A stretch of 64,000 nucleotides of DNA, from NCBI GenBank assembly GCA_050949045.1, contig JBMNEZ010000001.1, positions 1,152,001 through 1,216,000 on the forward strand. The letters are read 5' to 3'. Origin of the DNA: Candidatus Izemoplasmatales bacterium (lineage in GTDB: Bacteria; Bacillota_I; Bacilli_A; Izemoplasmatales; Hujiaoplasmataceae). Of the stretch, positions 1 to 10,764 are shown in pieces. The notes beneath the pieces were generated by a model. The model was given only the letters and a program-made list of their open reading frames with translations. It was not told where the DNA came from and made no database searches. The first letter of the stretch is position 1. Every line of letters starts with the position of its first letter. A program made the translations under genes and the position numbers.

Positions 1-1528
1 TAAGACCGCCGATATCAGCGCCGACCTTGTCGGAAAAGTCGAACTCGGGATTCCCGAGGACGATCCCAGAAATCCGGCTGTCATCGCTGACAATGTCGGT
101 GACAACGTCGGCGACGTTGCCGGCATGGGCGCGGATCTTTTCGACTCGCACGTCGCTTCTTTGGCCGCAGCCTTGGTCATGGGCGCTTCAATCGACGCTA
201 CGATTGCCCTGCCTGCCGTCGGTAAAAACGTCGAAATGGTCTTCGTCTTTGCGGCGATTGGCCTGTTGTCTTCAATCATCGGCGTTGCCTTTGCCAAAAT
301 GGGCAAGAGTGGCAACCCGACAAGAGCACTCAATCTCAGTACTTATATCACAACCGGCATCTTCGCCTTGTTATCCGCGTTTGCGACCTTGATCCGGGGT
401 TACGAATGGCGTTTGTATCTGGTCACTGTTCTCGGTTTGCTCGTCGGTGTCATTATCGGCATCACAACCGACTATTTCACGAACGATACTAAAAAACCGG
501 TCCAAAAAGTCGCCGAAGCCAGCAAAAGCGGGCCCGCCTTCACTATCATCTCGGGTACCTCTTACGGTTTTCTTTCAGTGCTGCCCGCGATGGTCGGGAT
601 CGCCATCAGCGCTTTTGCCTCTTATAAGATCGCCGAACCTCTGGGTCCGGGATATCCCCTCTTCGGCATCTCGATCGCCGCTGTCGGAATGCTCTCGATC
701 GTCGGGATGATCATCTCGAACGACGCTTACGGACCCATCGTCGACAATGCCAGAGGCTTGGCTGAAATGGGAGGCCTGGGCGATGAAGTCATCAGGATCA
801 CCGATGAACTGGATTCGGCTGGCAACACCGTCAAAGCCGTAACCAAAGGCTTCGCGATCGGCGCGGCCGGTCTCACCGTTATTTCTCTCTTGGGCGCTTT
901 CATCAGCGAGGTCAACGACGCCGCCGTCGAATTAGGCGTTCCCGGCATCGCTGGTTTTGACATCATGAATCCCTCCGTCTTCTTCGGCCTTTTGATCGGT
1001 GCGGCCATCCCGGCTGTCTTCTCGAGTTTATTGATGCTCGGCGTCAACCGCAACGCCGAAAGAATGGTGGCTGAGATCCACCGCCAGTTTGAAGAGATTC
1101 CTGGACTCAAAGAAGGCAAGGAAGGCGTCATGCCTGAATCCGATAAATGTATCGATATCGCTACCGACGGCGCGTTAAAAGAACTGTTGCCGGCGGGAGC
1201 GTTCGTAATCATCGTTACGATTATCGTTGGCCTTGTCGGCGGCGTTCTCGCCATCGGCGGCTATCTGGCAGGTAATATCGTCTCCGGAGTACTGTTGGCG
1301 CTCTTCATGTCCAACTCCGGTGGGCTTTGGGACAACGGCAAGAAATATATCGAGGCCGGCAATTTTGGCGGAAAAGGCTCGGATGCCCATAAGGCAGCCG
1401 TTGTCGGCGATACTGTGGGCGACCCATTCAAAGACACCGCCGGCCCTTCGATCAACACCCAGATCACCGTTGTCAGCTTGGTCGCCAGTCTCTTCGCAAT
1501 CATATTCTTAACTTACCATTTATTCTAA
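1..1528 (+). CDS. hppA: Membrane-integral ion-translocating pyrophosphatase (5' end lies outside the window)
   Basis: Frame is open from nt 2: KTADISADLVGKVE..IPEDDPRNPAVIADNVGDNVGDVAGMGADLFDS, then DAYGPIVDNA, GNTVKA, GGLWDNGKK and GDTVGDPFKDTAGP motifs; many hydrophobic segments. Confidence 0.97.
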   Translation, partial: KTADISADLVGKVELGIPEDDPRNPAVIADNVGDNVGDVAGMGADLFDSHVASLAAALVMGASIDATIALPAVGKNVEMVFVFAAIGLLSSIIGVAFAKMGKSGNPTRALNLSTYITTGIFALLSAFATLIRGYEWRLYLVTVLGLLVGVIIGITTDYFTNDTKKPVQKVAEASKSGPAFTIISGTSYGFLSVLPAMVGIAISAFASYKIAEPLGPGYPLFGISIAAVGMLSIVGMIISNDAYGPIVDNARGLAEMGGLGDEVIRITDELDSAGNTVKAVTKGFAIGAAGLTVISLLGAFISEVNDAAVELGVPGIAGFDIMNPSVFFGLLIGAAIPAVFSSLLMLGVNRNAERMVAEIHRQFEEIPGLKEGKEGVMPESDKCIDIATDGALKELLPAGAFVIIVTIIVGLVGGVLAIGGYLAGNIVSGVLLALFMSNSGGLWDNGKKYIEAGNFGGKGSDAHKAAVVGDTVGDPFKDTAGPSINTQITVVSLVASLFAIIFLTYHLF

Positions 1529-1598
1529 AAATTATAAACTAACAAAAATCTGCATAACAAATTGCATAATCTAAATAATTGAGTAAAGGAGGAAATTC

Positions 1599-2915
1599 AT
1601 GAAGTATTTTGACCAGATCCCCAGCATCAAATACGAGGGAGCGAAAAGTCTCAATCCTTTTGCTTTCAAATATTATGACCCCGATGAAGTCATCTTGGGA
1701 AAACCGATGAAAGAGCACCTCAAATTTTCAATGGCTTACTGGCACACCATGACCGGAGAAGGCGTCGATCCTTTTGGGCAAGCGACCATGGAGCGCGATT
1801 GGGACGCTTGCGGCGATCCGATCGAAAAAGCAAAAATCCGTGTCAAAGCTGCCTTTGAGTTGATGGAAAAACTCAGGCTCGAATACTTCTGTTTCCATGA
1901 CCGCGACCTCGCTCCCGAACAGGAAACCCTGGCTGAGACCAACCGTGTCCTTGATGAAGTTGTCGATCTCATTGAAAAAGAAATGAAACGAACCAAGATC
2001 AAGTTGCTTTGGGGAACCGCCAATCTGTTTTCCAACAAACGTTTCGTCAACGGAGCCAGCACGAGTCCGAATGCCGATGTCTTCGCCTACGCTGCCGCGC
2101 AGGTCAAGAAAGCTCTCGAAATTACCAAGAGGCTGAAAGGCAGCGGTTACGTCTTCTGGGGCGGCCGTGAAGGCTATGAGACCTTGCTCAACACCGATCT
2201 GAAACTGGAACAGGATAACCTTGCCCGCTTTTTCCACATGGCTGTCGATTATGCAAAAGAAATCGGCTTTAAGGGACAATTCTATATTGAACCAAAACCA
2301 AAAGAGCCAACCAAGCACCAATACGATTTTGACAGCGCGACTGTTATCTCCTTCCTCCGTCAATACGGGCTCGACAAGCATTTCAAACTCAACATCGAAA
2401 CCAACCACGCAACGCTTGCCGGCCACACAATGAACCATGAGCTCCGTCTGGCCGCCGACAATGGTTTGCTGGGAAGCATCGATGCCAACCAGGGCGATCT
2501 GCTTCTAGGCTGGGATACGGATCAATTCCCAACAGACATTTATGATGCGGTGTTCGTCATGTACGAAGTTCTCCGTATGGGCGGCTTTACCACGGGCGGT
2601 TTGAATTTTGACGCCAAGGTCAGGCGCTCCTCATTTACCAAAAAAGATTTGATCCTTGCCCATATCGTCGGCATGGACACTTATGCCGCCGGACTCAGGA
2701 TTGCCGCAAGGCTCTGGAAAGACCAAGTGCTGGAAAACAACCTCAAGGCTCGTTATCAAAGCTATCGCCACGGCATCGGGAAAGACATCGTCGAAGGTAA
2801 GGTCGGCTTCAAGGAACTTTCTGAATATGTGTTGTCCAAAAAAGAACTTGCCAAAAACGAACCGGGAAAACAGGAATTGCTTGAAGCGATCATCAACCAG
2901 TACATCATCGGGTAA
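1599..2915 (+). CDS. xylA: Xylose isomerase (class II)
   Basis: [45 protein letters not shown] motifs; SD AAGGAGG upstream. Confidence 0.98.
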   Translation: MKYFDQIPSIKYEGAKSLNPFAFKYYDPDEVILGKPMKEHLKFSMAYWHTMTGEGVDPFGQATMERDWDACGDPIEKAKIRVKAAFELMEKLRLEYFCFHDRDLAPEQETLAETNRVLDEVVDLIEKEMKRTKIKLLWGTANLFSNKRFVNGASTSPNADVFAYAAAQVKKALEITKRLKGSGYVFWGGREGYETLLNTDLKLEQDNLARFFHMAVDYAKEIGFKGQFYIEPKPKEPTKHQYDFDSATVISFLRQYGLDKHFKLNIETNHATLAGHTMNHELRLAADNGLLGSIDANQGDLLLGWDTDQFPTDIYDAVFVMYEVLRMGGFTTGGLNFDAKVRRSSFTKKDLILAHIVGMDTYAAGLRIAARLWKDQVLENNLKARYQSYRHGIGKDIVEGKVGFKELSEYVLSKKELAKNEPGKQELLEAIINQYIIG

Positions 2916-2922
2916 TTGGCGT

Positions 2923-4392
2923 ATGTATATCGGCGTCGATCTCGGCACTTCCTCTGTCAAATTGGTTCTGGTTGACAAATCCGGTGCTATTATCAAAAGC
3001 GCTTCACGCTCATACCCGATCCATCTGCCAAAGCCATCTTGGACCGAACAGAATCCAAACGACTGGTACAGCGAAACGCTTAATTGCCTCAGGGAGATAG
3101 TCAAGGGCTACGAGCATAATATCGAAGGGATCGGCTTCTCCGGACAAATGCACGGTCTGGTGATGCTTGATGCCTCCGACAAAGTCTTGCGTAACGCGCT
3201 TCTCTGGAACGATCAAAGAACCGTCCGGGAAGTCGATTATCTGAATAAAGAAATTGGCATTCAAAAACTGTTAAAGTACACCGGTAACATCGCCATGACG
3301 GGCATGACCGCCCCCAAGATCATGTGGGTCAAAGCCAATGAACCGGAAATCTTCAAACGCGTTAAGAAGATCATGTTGCCAAAAGATTACCTGATCTACA
3401 AATTATCCGGCATCTTCGCAAGCGATGTCTCCGATCTGTCAGGAACGCTTTTCTTCAACCCTGCCACAAGATCCTATTCTCAGGAAATGCTAAAAATTCT
3501 TGGCATCACCGAATCGACACTGCCGAAGGTTTATGAGAGTTATCAGGTTGTAGGCCTTCTTAAAGACGACATCCGGCTCGACCTCGGGATTACGAACGAA
3601 GTGAAAATCATCGCCGGGGGCGGTGACCAACCGGTCGGCGCCATCGGCACCGGCATCGTCGACGATGGCGGTTGTAGCGTCTCTTTGGGCACAAGCGGCG
3701 TCATCTTCGTCGCTTCGGAAAAATTCCGCGTCGACCACCAAAGCCATTTTCAGTCCGGAGTCCACGCGAGCGGTGATTACCTCGTCATGGCCGTGATGTT
3801 GAATGCAGCGGGCACCATCAAATGGTGGAACGAGGTCATTAACGACAATATCGATTACGCCGCTTTCTACGACGCTGTAGAAACGGGAAACCCTGACGAA
3901 TCGCTCTTTTTCCTTCCCTATCTCTCTGGAGAAAGAGCTCCTATCAACGATCCCTATGCCAAAGGTGTTATGTTCGGCCTGGCAAGCCATCACCAAAAGA
4001 AAGATCTCGACAGGGCGATCCTTGAAGGAGTAACCTTCGCCCTGAAACAATCGTTTCTTGCGATCAAAGATCTGGGCATTCCGATCACCTCGGTCCGCCT
4101 GACGGGCGGAGGTGCCAAAAGCGATGTCTGGGCGCAAATGATCGCTGACATCTTCCTGGTCAACGTCGAGAAGATTTCCGTTGAAGAGGGTCCCGCCCTC
4201 GGAGCCGCCATCCTGGCGATGGTCGGCTGTGGTTTGTATCCCTCGCCAAAAGAAGCCGCCAAGGCGATTGTCAGTATTCAGAAAGCCTTTGTCCCAAACA
4301 ACAAAAAAAGCGATACATACCAAAAGAAGTATTGGAAGTTTGCCAAACTGTATCCTTGCATAAAGGATTTGTATCGAGATTTTTATTCTTGA
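2923..4392 (+). CDS. xylB: Xylulokinase (FGGY family)
   Basis: True start is MYIGVDLGTSS at 2923 (the ORF track over-extends it); SGQMHG, LWNDQR, GGGDQ, LPYLSGER, GGGAKS motifs; directly follows xylA. Confidence 0.95.
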   Translation: MYIGVDLGTSSVKLVLVDKSGAIIKSASRSYPIHLPKPSWTEQNPNDWYSETLNCLREIVKGYEHNIEGIGFSGQMHGLVMLDASDKVLRNALLWNDQRTVREVDYLNKEIGIQKLLKYTGNIAMTGMTAPKIMWVKANEPEIFKRVKKIMLPKDYLIYKLSGIFASDVSDLSGTLFFNPATRSYSQEMLKILGITESTLPKVYESYQVVGLLKDDIRLDLGITNEVKIIAGGGDQPVGAIGTGIVDDGGCSVSLGTSGVIFVASEKFRVDHQSHFQSGVHASGDYLVMAVMLNAAGTIKWWNEVINDNIDYAAFYDAVETGNPDESLFFLPYLSGERAPINDPYAKGVMFGLASHHQKKDLDRAILEGVTFALKQSFLAIKDLGIPITSVRLTGGGAKSDVWAQMIADIFLVNVEKISVEEGPALGAAILAMVGCGLYPSPKEAAKAIVSIQKAFVPNNKKSDTYQKKYWKFAKLYPCIKDLYRDFYS

Positions 4393-4396
4393 ATAG

Positions 4397-4427
4397 AAAA
4401 AGGTGATGTCGCAATCACCTTTTTTTT
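4397..4427 (+). terminator. Intrinsic terminator after xylB
   Basis: AAAAAGGTGAT-GTCGCA-ATCACCTTTTTTTT hairpin with T-tract. Confidence 0.85.
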
Positions 4428-4530
4428 CGTTGATTTTGGCCTTATAGAACCAAGTTAAAATGAATCTTTATCCGTTATGGTCCACACAAAACTACGTTAA
4501 GATGTTTTCAATGCTCGGAAACAGCCGAAT

Positions 4531-4570
4531 AAAAAGCGCATCGGTCAAGATGAACTCTTGAGATGCGCTT
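4531..4570 (-). terminator. Probable terminator of the upstream minus-strand lipoprotein gene
   Basis: AAGCGCATC...GATGCGCTT inverted repeat with an A-run on the + strand (T-tract on -). Confidence 0.65.
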
Positions 4571-4593
4571 GGTTTTATTAAAACTAATATCTA

Positions 4594-6888
4594 TTATGCA
4601 GGAAGAACATCGGCGAAGAATTCCATAAAACTGTTAGGAAAGGCGCTGATGCGATTCTTTTGTTCTTGTGTTATGGAAGCCTTGTTATAGGTGCGGAATA
4701 CATTGACTTCGGTGACAAAGAAATTGAAGGCATCGACAGCGGCTTGTTCGAACAGCGCCGCATCGATTGGCTCTTCAAGCTCAAAACTCATCATAAAGAT
4801 AAAGTCTACTAAGTTTTCCGCATCAAAGACAGAGGCAATCATCGCTAGAACATTTGCCTTCTCTGCCGGCGTTAGAATCTTCGCAACATGATCCGAGACA
4901 AATATTGCTTGCACGACCATCTCGTATTCCCCATCGTTTTCTATCCAGTAATCATTGTTAGAACGATAATCTTCACCATATAAAGTAACATAATGAGAGT
5001 TGACATCCTCAATCACGGCTTTCACCCCGTCGATGACATTCTTGTCAACCATGTAACCGATTCCGTCCTGTCCGAGTTTTAACAGCATTGGGAGAATTTT
5101 GACAAGCAATTTTTCAGCATCATCGACGATATCATCGATGTTTTCCGGAAGTTCGCTTTCTTCCGCGTCAGCCAACAGCAAATCCGGGATTTCGAGCGAT
5201 AACAGGAAGGAACTGATGTCATTAGCATCTTCAGCAGTCAGATCTTCAATAACTGCATCCAGAACAATCAGCAATTGCTTGACGATATTCATGTTCGCAA
5301 GTGTTTTTGCGTGTTCGTATTCTGTTCCGTTGTCATACTCTACGTTCAAAGCGTAGTTGCCGTAATAATCTATGTAGTCACCTTTATCGCTGTCCCACTC
5401 CCACTCACTATAGAATTGTTGGTCGATGATTATTGTTCTCATTAATTCACCGTCGGTTTCGATCAAGACATCCAAAACCTGCTCAAGCGAGACGAAAAAG
5501 AGATCAATTACATCGCTGGTGGCTTCATATTCAAGATTGAGCATCACATTCAACATTATGAATGACGCCATGTCCATGCCCATTCCCTCTTCAAAGCCTT
5601 CTCCTTCGAATTGAGCACTGAGCTCGTCGATCATGTAGTTGAAGAGAGCGGCTTTTTCCTGAGCGGAGAAGACATTGTCGATTTGATTCAGCAATGCCTC
5701 ATTCGAATCCAAAAAGGTGCGGACATATTTAAGGGTGAGAACGATGGCGTCGACCGGGGCAAAGTAAGTATCTTCGAGTACTGAAATCTCCTTAAGTTTG
5801 TCAATATAAGTAGCGTCAATGGTGTCGATAAGGGCGATCATCGCCTGAAAAGCCAGTCTGGTCTGAGTTGCGGATTTAACCTCATAGGAAACTACGGGCA
5901 AGGTGTACTCTATTCCCGACATCGCCTCGGATAATGCCATCAGGCAATTATAGACCAAGACAAGCTGATCGGTCGTGGGCAAATTTTCCGTCAAAATGTC
6001 GACGATCTCGTCTTTTACAATTATGACTTCGGCTGTGTTGAGCGATTGGATATCTTCCGTTTCCGCCAAAGCCATGATTTTTGCCAAGAAATCATCGGTG
6101 ATATCTTCCTGAAATGCGATGAAATACTCCAGTGTTGTCACGATGGCAAGCACGACTGTATCGGGATCTTCTTCGATCATTTCGATCAATCCTTGATACA
6201 TATCCGCTTCCTCAGGATACGCTCCCTCGGCCATCGCTTCGAGGTAGTCCGGCAGCAGGGCAACCACGACACCGCTGACAAGAGCTTCTAAATCGACATC
6301 CTCAGCGAGAAGCTGCTTGATTAAAGCGTTGCCAACCGCCGGGTCATCAACATCCTCCAAACCCTCAACGAATGTTTCAAATGCCGCGACGGCGCTTTCG
6401 AACTCGGTTGCGCTCATTCCTTTACGGACCAATTCCTCCGCAAAACCCGAATCGGCTGCGATGCCGAGATCAGCCAACTGTGTCTTGATTGCGCTGACTT
6501 GCGCGACAGCATTGGCCTGATAGGCAACCGATACGCTCAAAACCGAATCTTCTTTTCCTGTCGAGGCCTTCGCCTTGACTTTGAAGACCAGTTTGTCTCC
6601 CGTTAGCGAAGTGAAATCATATGACGTCGTCGAAACTGTCGCTTTTGCGACATCGTTGACATAAACGACATATCCTGTAGCTCCGGGCACAGCTTCCCAA
6701 CTCAACACTTGCCCGGTTATTTTCAAACCTTTGGGCGCATCGATCTGTTCGGCGACCGGTGTCGGTGTATATGTGGTGGTTGTTCTCACTGTTGGTTTTG
6801 TGGTTGTTTCTTCCTTACATCCAAGCAAAACAAAGCCTGCGATTAAGAGCATTCCCACAGTAAGTAATTTTCTGATTGTAATTTTCAT
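4594..6888 (-). CDS. Large acidic lipoprotein of unknown function with an N-terminal FN3-like domain
   Basis: Start MKITIRK with SD AAGGAGGG; lipobox LLGC; Thr/Pro linker; APKGLKITGQVLSWEAVPGATGYVVYV is FN3-like; remainder is acidic and helical-looking. Confidence 0.8.
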   Translation of the reverse strand: MKITIRKLLTVGMLLIAGFVLLGCKEETTTKPTVRTTTTYTPTPVAEQIDAPKGLKITGQVLSWEAVPGATGYVVYVNDVAKATVSTTSYDFTSLTGDKLVFKVKAKASTGKEDSVLSVSVAYQANAVAQVSAIKTQLADLGIAADSGFAEELVRKGMSATEFESAVAAFETFVEGLEDVDDPAVGNALIKQLLAEDVDLEALVSGVVVALLPDYLEAMAEGAYPEEADMYQGLIEMIEEDPDTVVLAIVTTLEYFIAFQEDITDDFLAKIMALAETEDIQSLNTAEVIIVKDEIVDILTENLPTTDQLVLVYNCLMALSEAMSGIEYTLPVVSYEVKSATQTRLAFQAMIALIDTIDATYIDKLKEISVLEDTYFAPVDAIVLTLKYVRTFLDSNEALLNQIDNVFSAQEKAALFNYMIDELSAQFEGEGFEEGMGMDMASFIMLNVMLNLEYEATSDVIDLFFVSLEQVLDVLIETDGELMRTIIIDQQFYSEWEWDSDKGDYIDYYGNYALNVEYDNGTEYEHAKTLANMNIVKQLLIVLDAVIEDLTAEDANDISSFLLSLEIPDLLLADAEESELPENIDDIVDDAEKLLVKILPMLLKLGQDGIGYMVDKNVIDGVKAVIEDVNSHYVTLYGEDYRSNNDYWIENDGEYEMVVQAIFVSDHVAKILTPAEKANVLAMIASVFDAENLVDFIFMMSFELEEPIDAALFEQAAVDAFNFFVTEVNVFRTYNKASITQEQKNRISAFPNSFMEFFADVLPA

Positions 6889-7215
6889 AATACCCTCCTT
6901 ATTCATTTTTTACCTTTTCAATTATTCTTGTGTTTTTTTGGGACAAACTATAACCCTAAATCAATTTTACAAATTTTTGTCGATCACATGGGGAAAGATT
7001 GTAATTACCCGCCCAAACATAATCATGGTGTTACTATCGAAACCGTTTGTTCAAATATCATACCAATTAAATTACATTAATAGCATAGCACACTTGATTT
7101 TTTATTACAATATCCATACAAACCTTCTTAATTTTTGTTAATAATAATGTCTTGGTTGGAATCGAATTACAAATCCGAAAGAGCGCCTAATATCACAATG
7201 AAAATCTTAGTGAGG

Positions 7216-8682
7216 CTACTCAGTAAAAGCATATGGATCGGCGATAAACAAATAGATAGAGTCGATGGTTTGTTCGTCAGATGAGGATATGAAGATATCT
7301 ATCAGGGACTCGTGATCGCTGATTATCTTATTCCTAACGGTGTTTGAGACAAGCAAGGAAAAGTTCAGATAATTGTTTTGATTATTGATGTCTTGATTCA
7401 AGGTGTTGAGATTTTCTTGCTGGACAAACAACATCGGGACCTCGCTTACGACTTCAACAAACATCTTTTGTTCAGAGTCATAGCGATACAAGTACTGGGT
7501 CCTGAATTCGATGTCATAGCGTCTCGATAGCGTCTTCAGCCCTATCCCTCCGACGTTTTTGGTCGCAAATGCCGTATCCGCATCATTGACAAATACGGTG
7601 TGCGGATTGATTCCGTTAGCTCTTTCGACTCTTTTTATCGAATTTATTCCCGATGTGCTGTTTAGGTTGAACCACATTGTATTATAATCGACAGTCTCAC
7701 TTAAAGACTTTCTGACTTCATAGCCTTGAAGCAGTCCGGTATCAGTCAAATACAGTTCATTGATATACCCATAAGAAACGGGCAATGAATCGGTTTTATT
7801 GCCTACAACGGAAACGTAATCATCATCGATGTGGAACTGTGCCGCGCTGCGGTGGAGAGAGACGCCTTCGCCTAGGGTAACGTATTCCACGATCGTTCCT
7901 TTGACATTATTTTCGGCATCTCTCAACACCTCGAAATACGCGACTCTGACCCCTAGATATTTCACAGCAAACCTGTAAGAATCCTCAGAGATGATGTATT
8001 TGACAACATTGGCGCTGCCAAGCTGGATCCGGCATTCTTTTTCCAGCGTCGCGGTATTGTATGAAAGGTATATCTGGCTTTGTTGTTCGCCTAAGACGGG
8101 AAGTGTTCCAGTATAGTCAAGAACGTATTTCAGATTAGTTCCGTCAAAGTCAATCGTCACGCTGTAAATGCCGATTTCAAACTCATGATGGGCCGTGCTT
8201 TCTGGATTAGTATCCAAATAGTTGTTAAAACTGATTACTGATGTCGTTATCAATCCTTCTACCAATGACAAGGCATCAAAAAACACCTTAGATTGATTAA
8301 GGTTGTTCAAAACCATATTCCATTGTTCGCCAAACCCTCCATAGGCAATGTCTGAGAGGTTGACAGGTTGAGAATAGTCATACACTCCCTCACCCTCTTC
8401 AATAAGGTGGGTGCTGAAATCAGCCTTCATTGAGTCCGGAATAAAGTTGTATGGATCAAGTTGATAATTACCCAATAAATATGTCAAATATCCTGAAATT
8501 TCAACTTTTCTGTTCGAAACACTACTAGTAGTAGTCGCCGTGGTGGTAACAGGTTCTTCTGTTGTAATCGTTGTGGTAGAAAAAAATGTTGTTGGGCTCT
8601 CGGTTGTGGTTTCCCTACACCCTAAAACAAAGAGTGATAGGCACAAAATAGACACCCCCAATAATAACGATCGGATCCTCAT
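7216..8682 (-). CDS. Lipoprotein of unknown function
   Basis: 488-aa ORF, SD GGAGG, lipobox VLGC, Thr-rich linker. Confidence 0.8.
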   Translation of the reverse strand: MRIRSLLLGVSILCLSLFVLGCRETTTESPTTFFSTTTITTEEPVTTTATTTSSVSNRKVEISGYLTYLLGNYQLDPYNFIPDSMKADFSTHLIEEGEGVYDYSQPVNLSDIAYGGFGEQWNMVLNNLNQSKVFFDALSLVEGLITTSVISFNNYLDTNPESTAHHEFEIGIYSVTIDFDGTNLKYVLDYTGTLPVLGEQQSQIYLSYNTATLEKECRIQLGSANVVKYIISEDSYRFAVKYLGVRVAYFEVLRDAENNVKGTIVEYVTLGEGVSLHRSAAQFHIDDDYVSVVGNKTDSLPVSYGYINELYLTDTGLLQGYEVRKSLSETVDYNTMWFNLNSTSGINSIKRVERANGINPHTVFVNDADTAFATKNVGGIGLKTLSRRYDIEFRTQYLYRYDSEQKMFVEVVSEVPMLFVQQENLNTLNQDINNQNNYLNFSLLVSNTVRNKIISDHESLIDIFISSSDEQTIDSIYLFIADPYAFTE

Positions 8683-9089
8683 TATCTATATCCTCCATTT
8701 ATTCGGTCTGTTTCTTACGGCTCTTTGTTAATACATTTTTACTATATAATAAGCCACGCGACAAAAAACTCGGTCCAATGTAATAAATAATAGCCGCTAT
8801 GTTTTGTATTAGTTTTTCTTTATGTACAAGTAAATACTAAACTGTGCGTCAAATGACAATAACAATAAAGATGCCGGTTTGAAACAATGCTTGTCAATCG
8901 TCAACCTAATGAATAATCGCCTGGCAATTCGCGTGTTGCTTTATTTCTTTATCTCTTTTCCGGCCAAGCAAGATGTCTTCTGGCAGAAAGATTATACCAT
9001 ATTATTTGCAAGTGATAAATTGTTTTTGCTAACTTTTGTTGATTGAGACATAAATCCAAATGTTGTTCAGATGCTTTGCATGCCCACTG

Positions 9090-9124
9090 AAAAAACAACA
9101 CAAAGCCCTTCCGGGGCTTTGTGT
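9090..9124 (-). terminator. Intrinsic terminator downstream of the DUF2779-like gene
   Basis: ACACAAAGCCC-TTCCG-GGGCTTTGTGT hairpin followed by TGTTTTTT on the - strand. Confidence 0.8.
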
Positions 9125-9265
9125 AGGGCATTAGATGCATGGGTTTTCCAGTCGATTCATTACTCATCGGGCAATTCTATCTCAGCGTAACCGACTCCAT
9201 TGTCATTTTTTTAGTTTTGATAAGTTTCAAGACTTCTCTAGTGCCCATAATAATGACTTTTCGGA

Positions 9266-10714
9266 TTAAATCATCTTTGTCAGTCTTTGATAGATCTCTA
9301 CCATCGACAAAGTGTCAAGCTTGCAGTATTCTCTAAGATTCCGCTTCATTTTCTCACGATCTTCGTTATTAAGGTTTTCCAGGCTTTCCAACGCCGCCAT
9401 CGCTTCGGTACCGTTGTGCACCGCTTCCAATTCATGATAAGCCTCGGCTTTTTCAGGACATACCGCCGGATATACCCGTTTGATCGAAAACGAACCTTTC
9501 ATTTCCTTGTTATAAACCATTCCTTGGCGGAATGGATCGAGCAAGTCCACAATACGTTCGATGATTTTTTCTAACTTGATTCCATGAACAGGAAATTGGT
9601 CGGCGAGTTCTCTCAGGATGCTTCTTTCGAATGCGGCATTATACACTATTACCGAACCGTTATCATTGATATTTGTTTCAAGAAAAGCAATCATTTTTTC
9701 ACGAGGATCTTCACTTGGTTCAAGCAAAATATCATAATGAACAGGCTCTGATTTCGCGGATGACAAAACATGAAGCGACGCTTGGTAAGGCAATCTTTGA
9801 TTCGGATGCGTTCCTTTGAATCTGGGAATCACGAAATCAAGCGTTTCGAAATCAAGAAAGTGAAGCGGAAACACCCATTTGTCCAAGAAATTTTCAAGGG
9901 CAGCTTGATTTACATATGGAGCATAGTCATGATAATGATAATCGATTTGTCGCAATTGTATCTCGTTCAAACTGGGATCGTGGAGCGCGATTTCCTCCAG
10001 TGTTCTGATGCCTTGACTATAATATTGGGCTTTCCTTCGGTAATTGTACAAATATAAAAGCGAATCCTCGGGAACCTCGTCATAGCAATGGTCGTGATAT
10101 TCACATTCACCGCAATGACTGAGATACATGAACCCAGGATCTTTCTCTAGGCGGCTAATTTCAACTAGGTTCTTTTTCACATTGTCAACCATCGCAATGA
10201 TCTTTGCGGTTAGGTCTTCAATGATGAAAAAATCTTTAGGATCGATTTCGTCTTCCAATACAAAATCGTTGTTTACATAAATAAGGTTTACTTGATCGAT
10301 TTTCAATCCATAAGTTTTGGCGACATAATATTGAAAAGCCAAATCATGAAGATGGATATCCTTAACTTTTGTGGATGACTTGACTTCATAAATATTACAG
10401 CCCCCATCGGTAATCTCAAGAAAGTCGAAAGAGCATAAAAGATTTTTATATCTGAATGATGCTTCCGCAATGATTTTTTTCCCTTTGTCAATTAAATCTT
10501 TAGTATCTTTGACCATCTGTTCAAAATCATTGTTGTAAGATACTTTTGCCGGGGTCTCAAACAACTTATAGGCAAGTTCACCGACCAAGTGACCTTGATC
10601 TATCCTTCTTTGAACCGAATCGTCAATAATTCCTTTCTCGGGTGTAAATATCGAAAGAAAGAGTTTGCGACGGCAATTGACATAATCGAGATATAGCGAT
10701 TTGGATATATTCAT
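9266..10714 (-). CDS. DUF2779-like protein: PD-(D/E)XK nuclease domain plus RNase H-like exonuclease domain
   Basis: Start MNISKSLYLDYVNC; FDFLE..IYEVKSST, DLAFQYYV, HCGECEYHDHC; C-terminal FLDFET, PYQAS, YNAAFE, VDLLDPF, GSFSIK, YCKLDT. Confidence 0.8.
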   Translation of the reverse strand: MNISKSLYLDYVNCRRKLFLSIFTPEKGIIDDSVQRRIDQGHLVGELAYKLFETPAKVSYNNDFEQMVKDTKDLIDKGKKIIAEASFRYKNLLCSFDFLEITDGGCNIYEVKSSTKVKDIHLHDLAFQYYVAKTYGLKIDQVNLIYVNNDFVLEDEIDPKDFFIIEDLTAKIIAMVDNVKKNLVEISRLEKDPGFMYLSHCGECEYHDHCYDEVPEDSLLYLYNYRRKAQYYSQGIRTLEEIALHDPSLNEIQLRQIDYHYHDYAPYVNQAALENFLDKWVFPLHFLDFETLDFVIPRFKGTHPNQRLPYQASLHVLSSAKSEPVHYDILLEPSEDPREKMIAFLETNINDNGSVIVYNAAFERSILRELADQFPVHGIKLEKIIERIVDLLDPFRQGMVYNKEMKGSFSIKRVYPAVCPEKAEAYHELEAVHNGTEAMAALESLENLNNEDREKMKRNLREYCKLDTLSMVEIYQRLTKMI

Positions 10715-10764
10715 GGCATTCTCTCCCCTTGTGTTGTTAATAAATAATGTTTTTAAAGATAACA

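Noticed and set aside
2656..2922. 89-aa N-terminal extension of xylB overlapping xylA in the ORF track
   Set aside because: Kinase homology starts at 2923; the extension is an open-frame artefact. The same applies to extensions at 26765 (S4 protein) and 34500 (pmbA).
9175..9190. TTCTAT-CTCAGCG resembling the tRNA-Phe 3' flank, a possible att duplicate
   Set aside because: Only two short matches with a 5-nt gap; compatible with chance.
8700..9260. Long intergenic region as a possible riboswitch, sRNA or CRISPR array
   Set aside because: I found a terminator and an extended -10 element but no recognisable aptamer or regularly spaced repeats; an Infernal scan would be needed.
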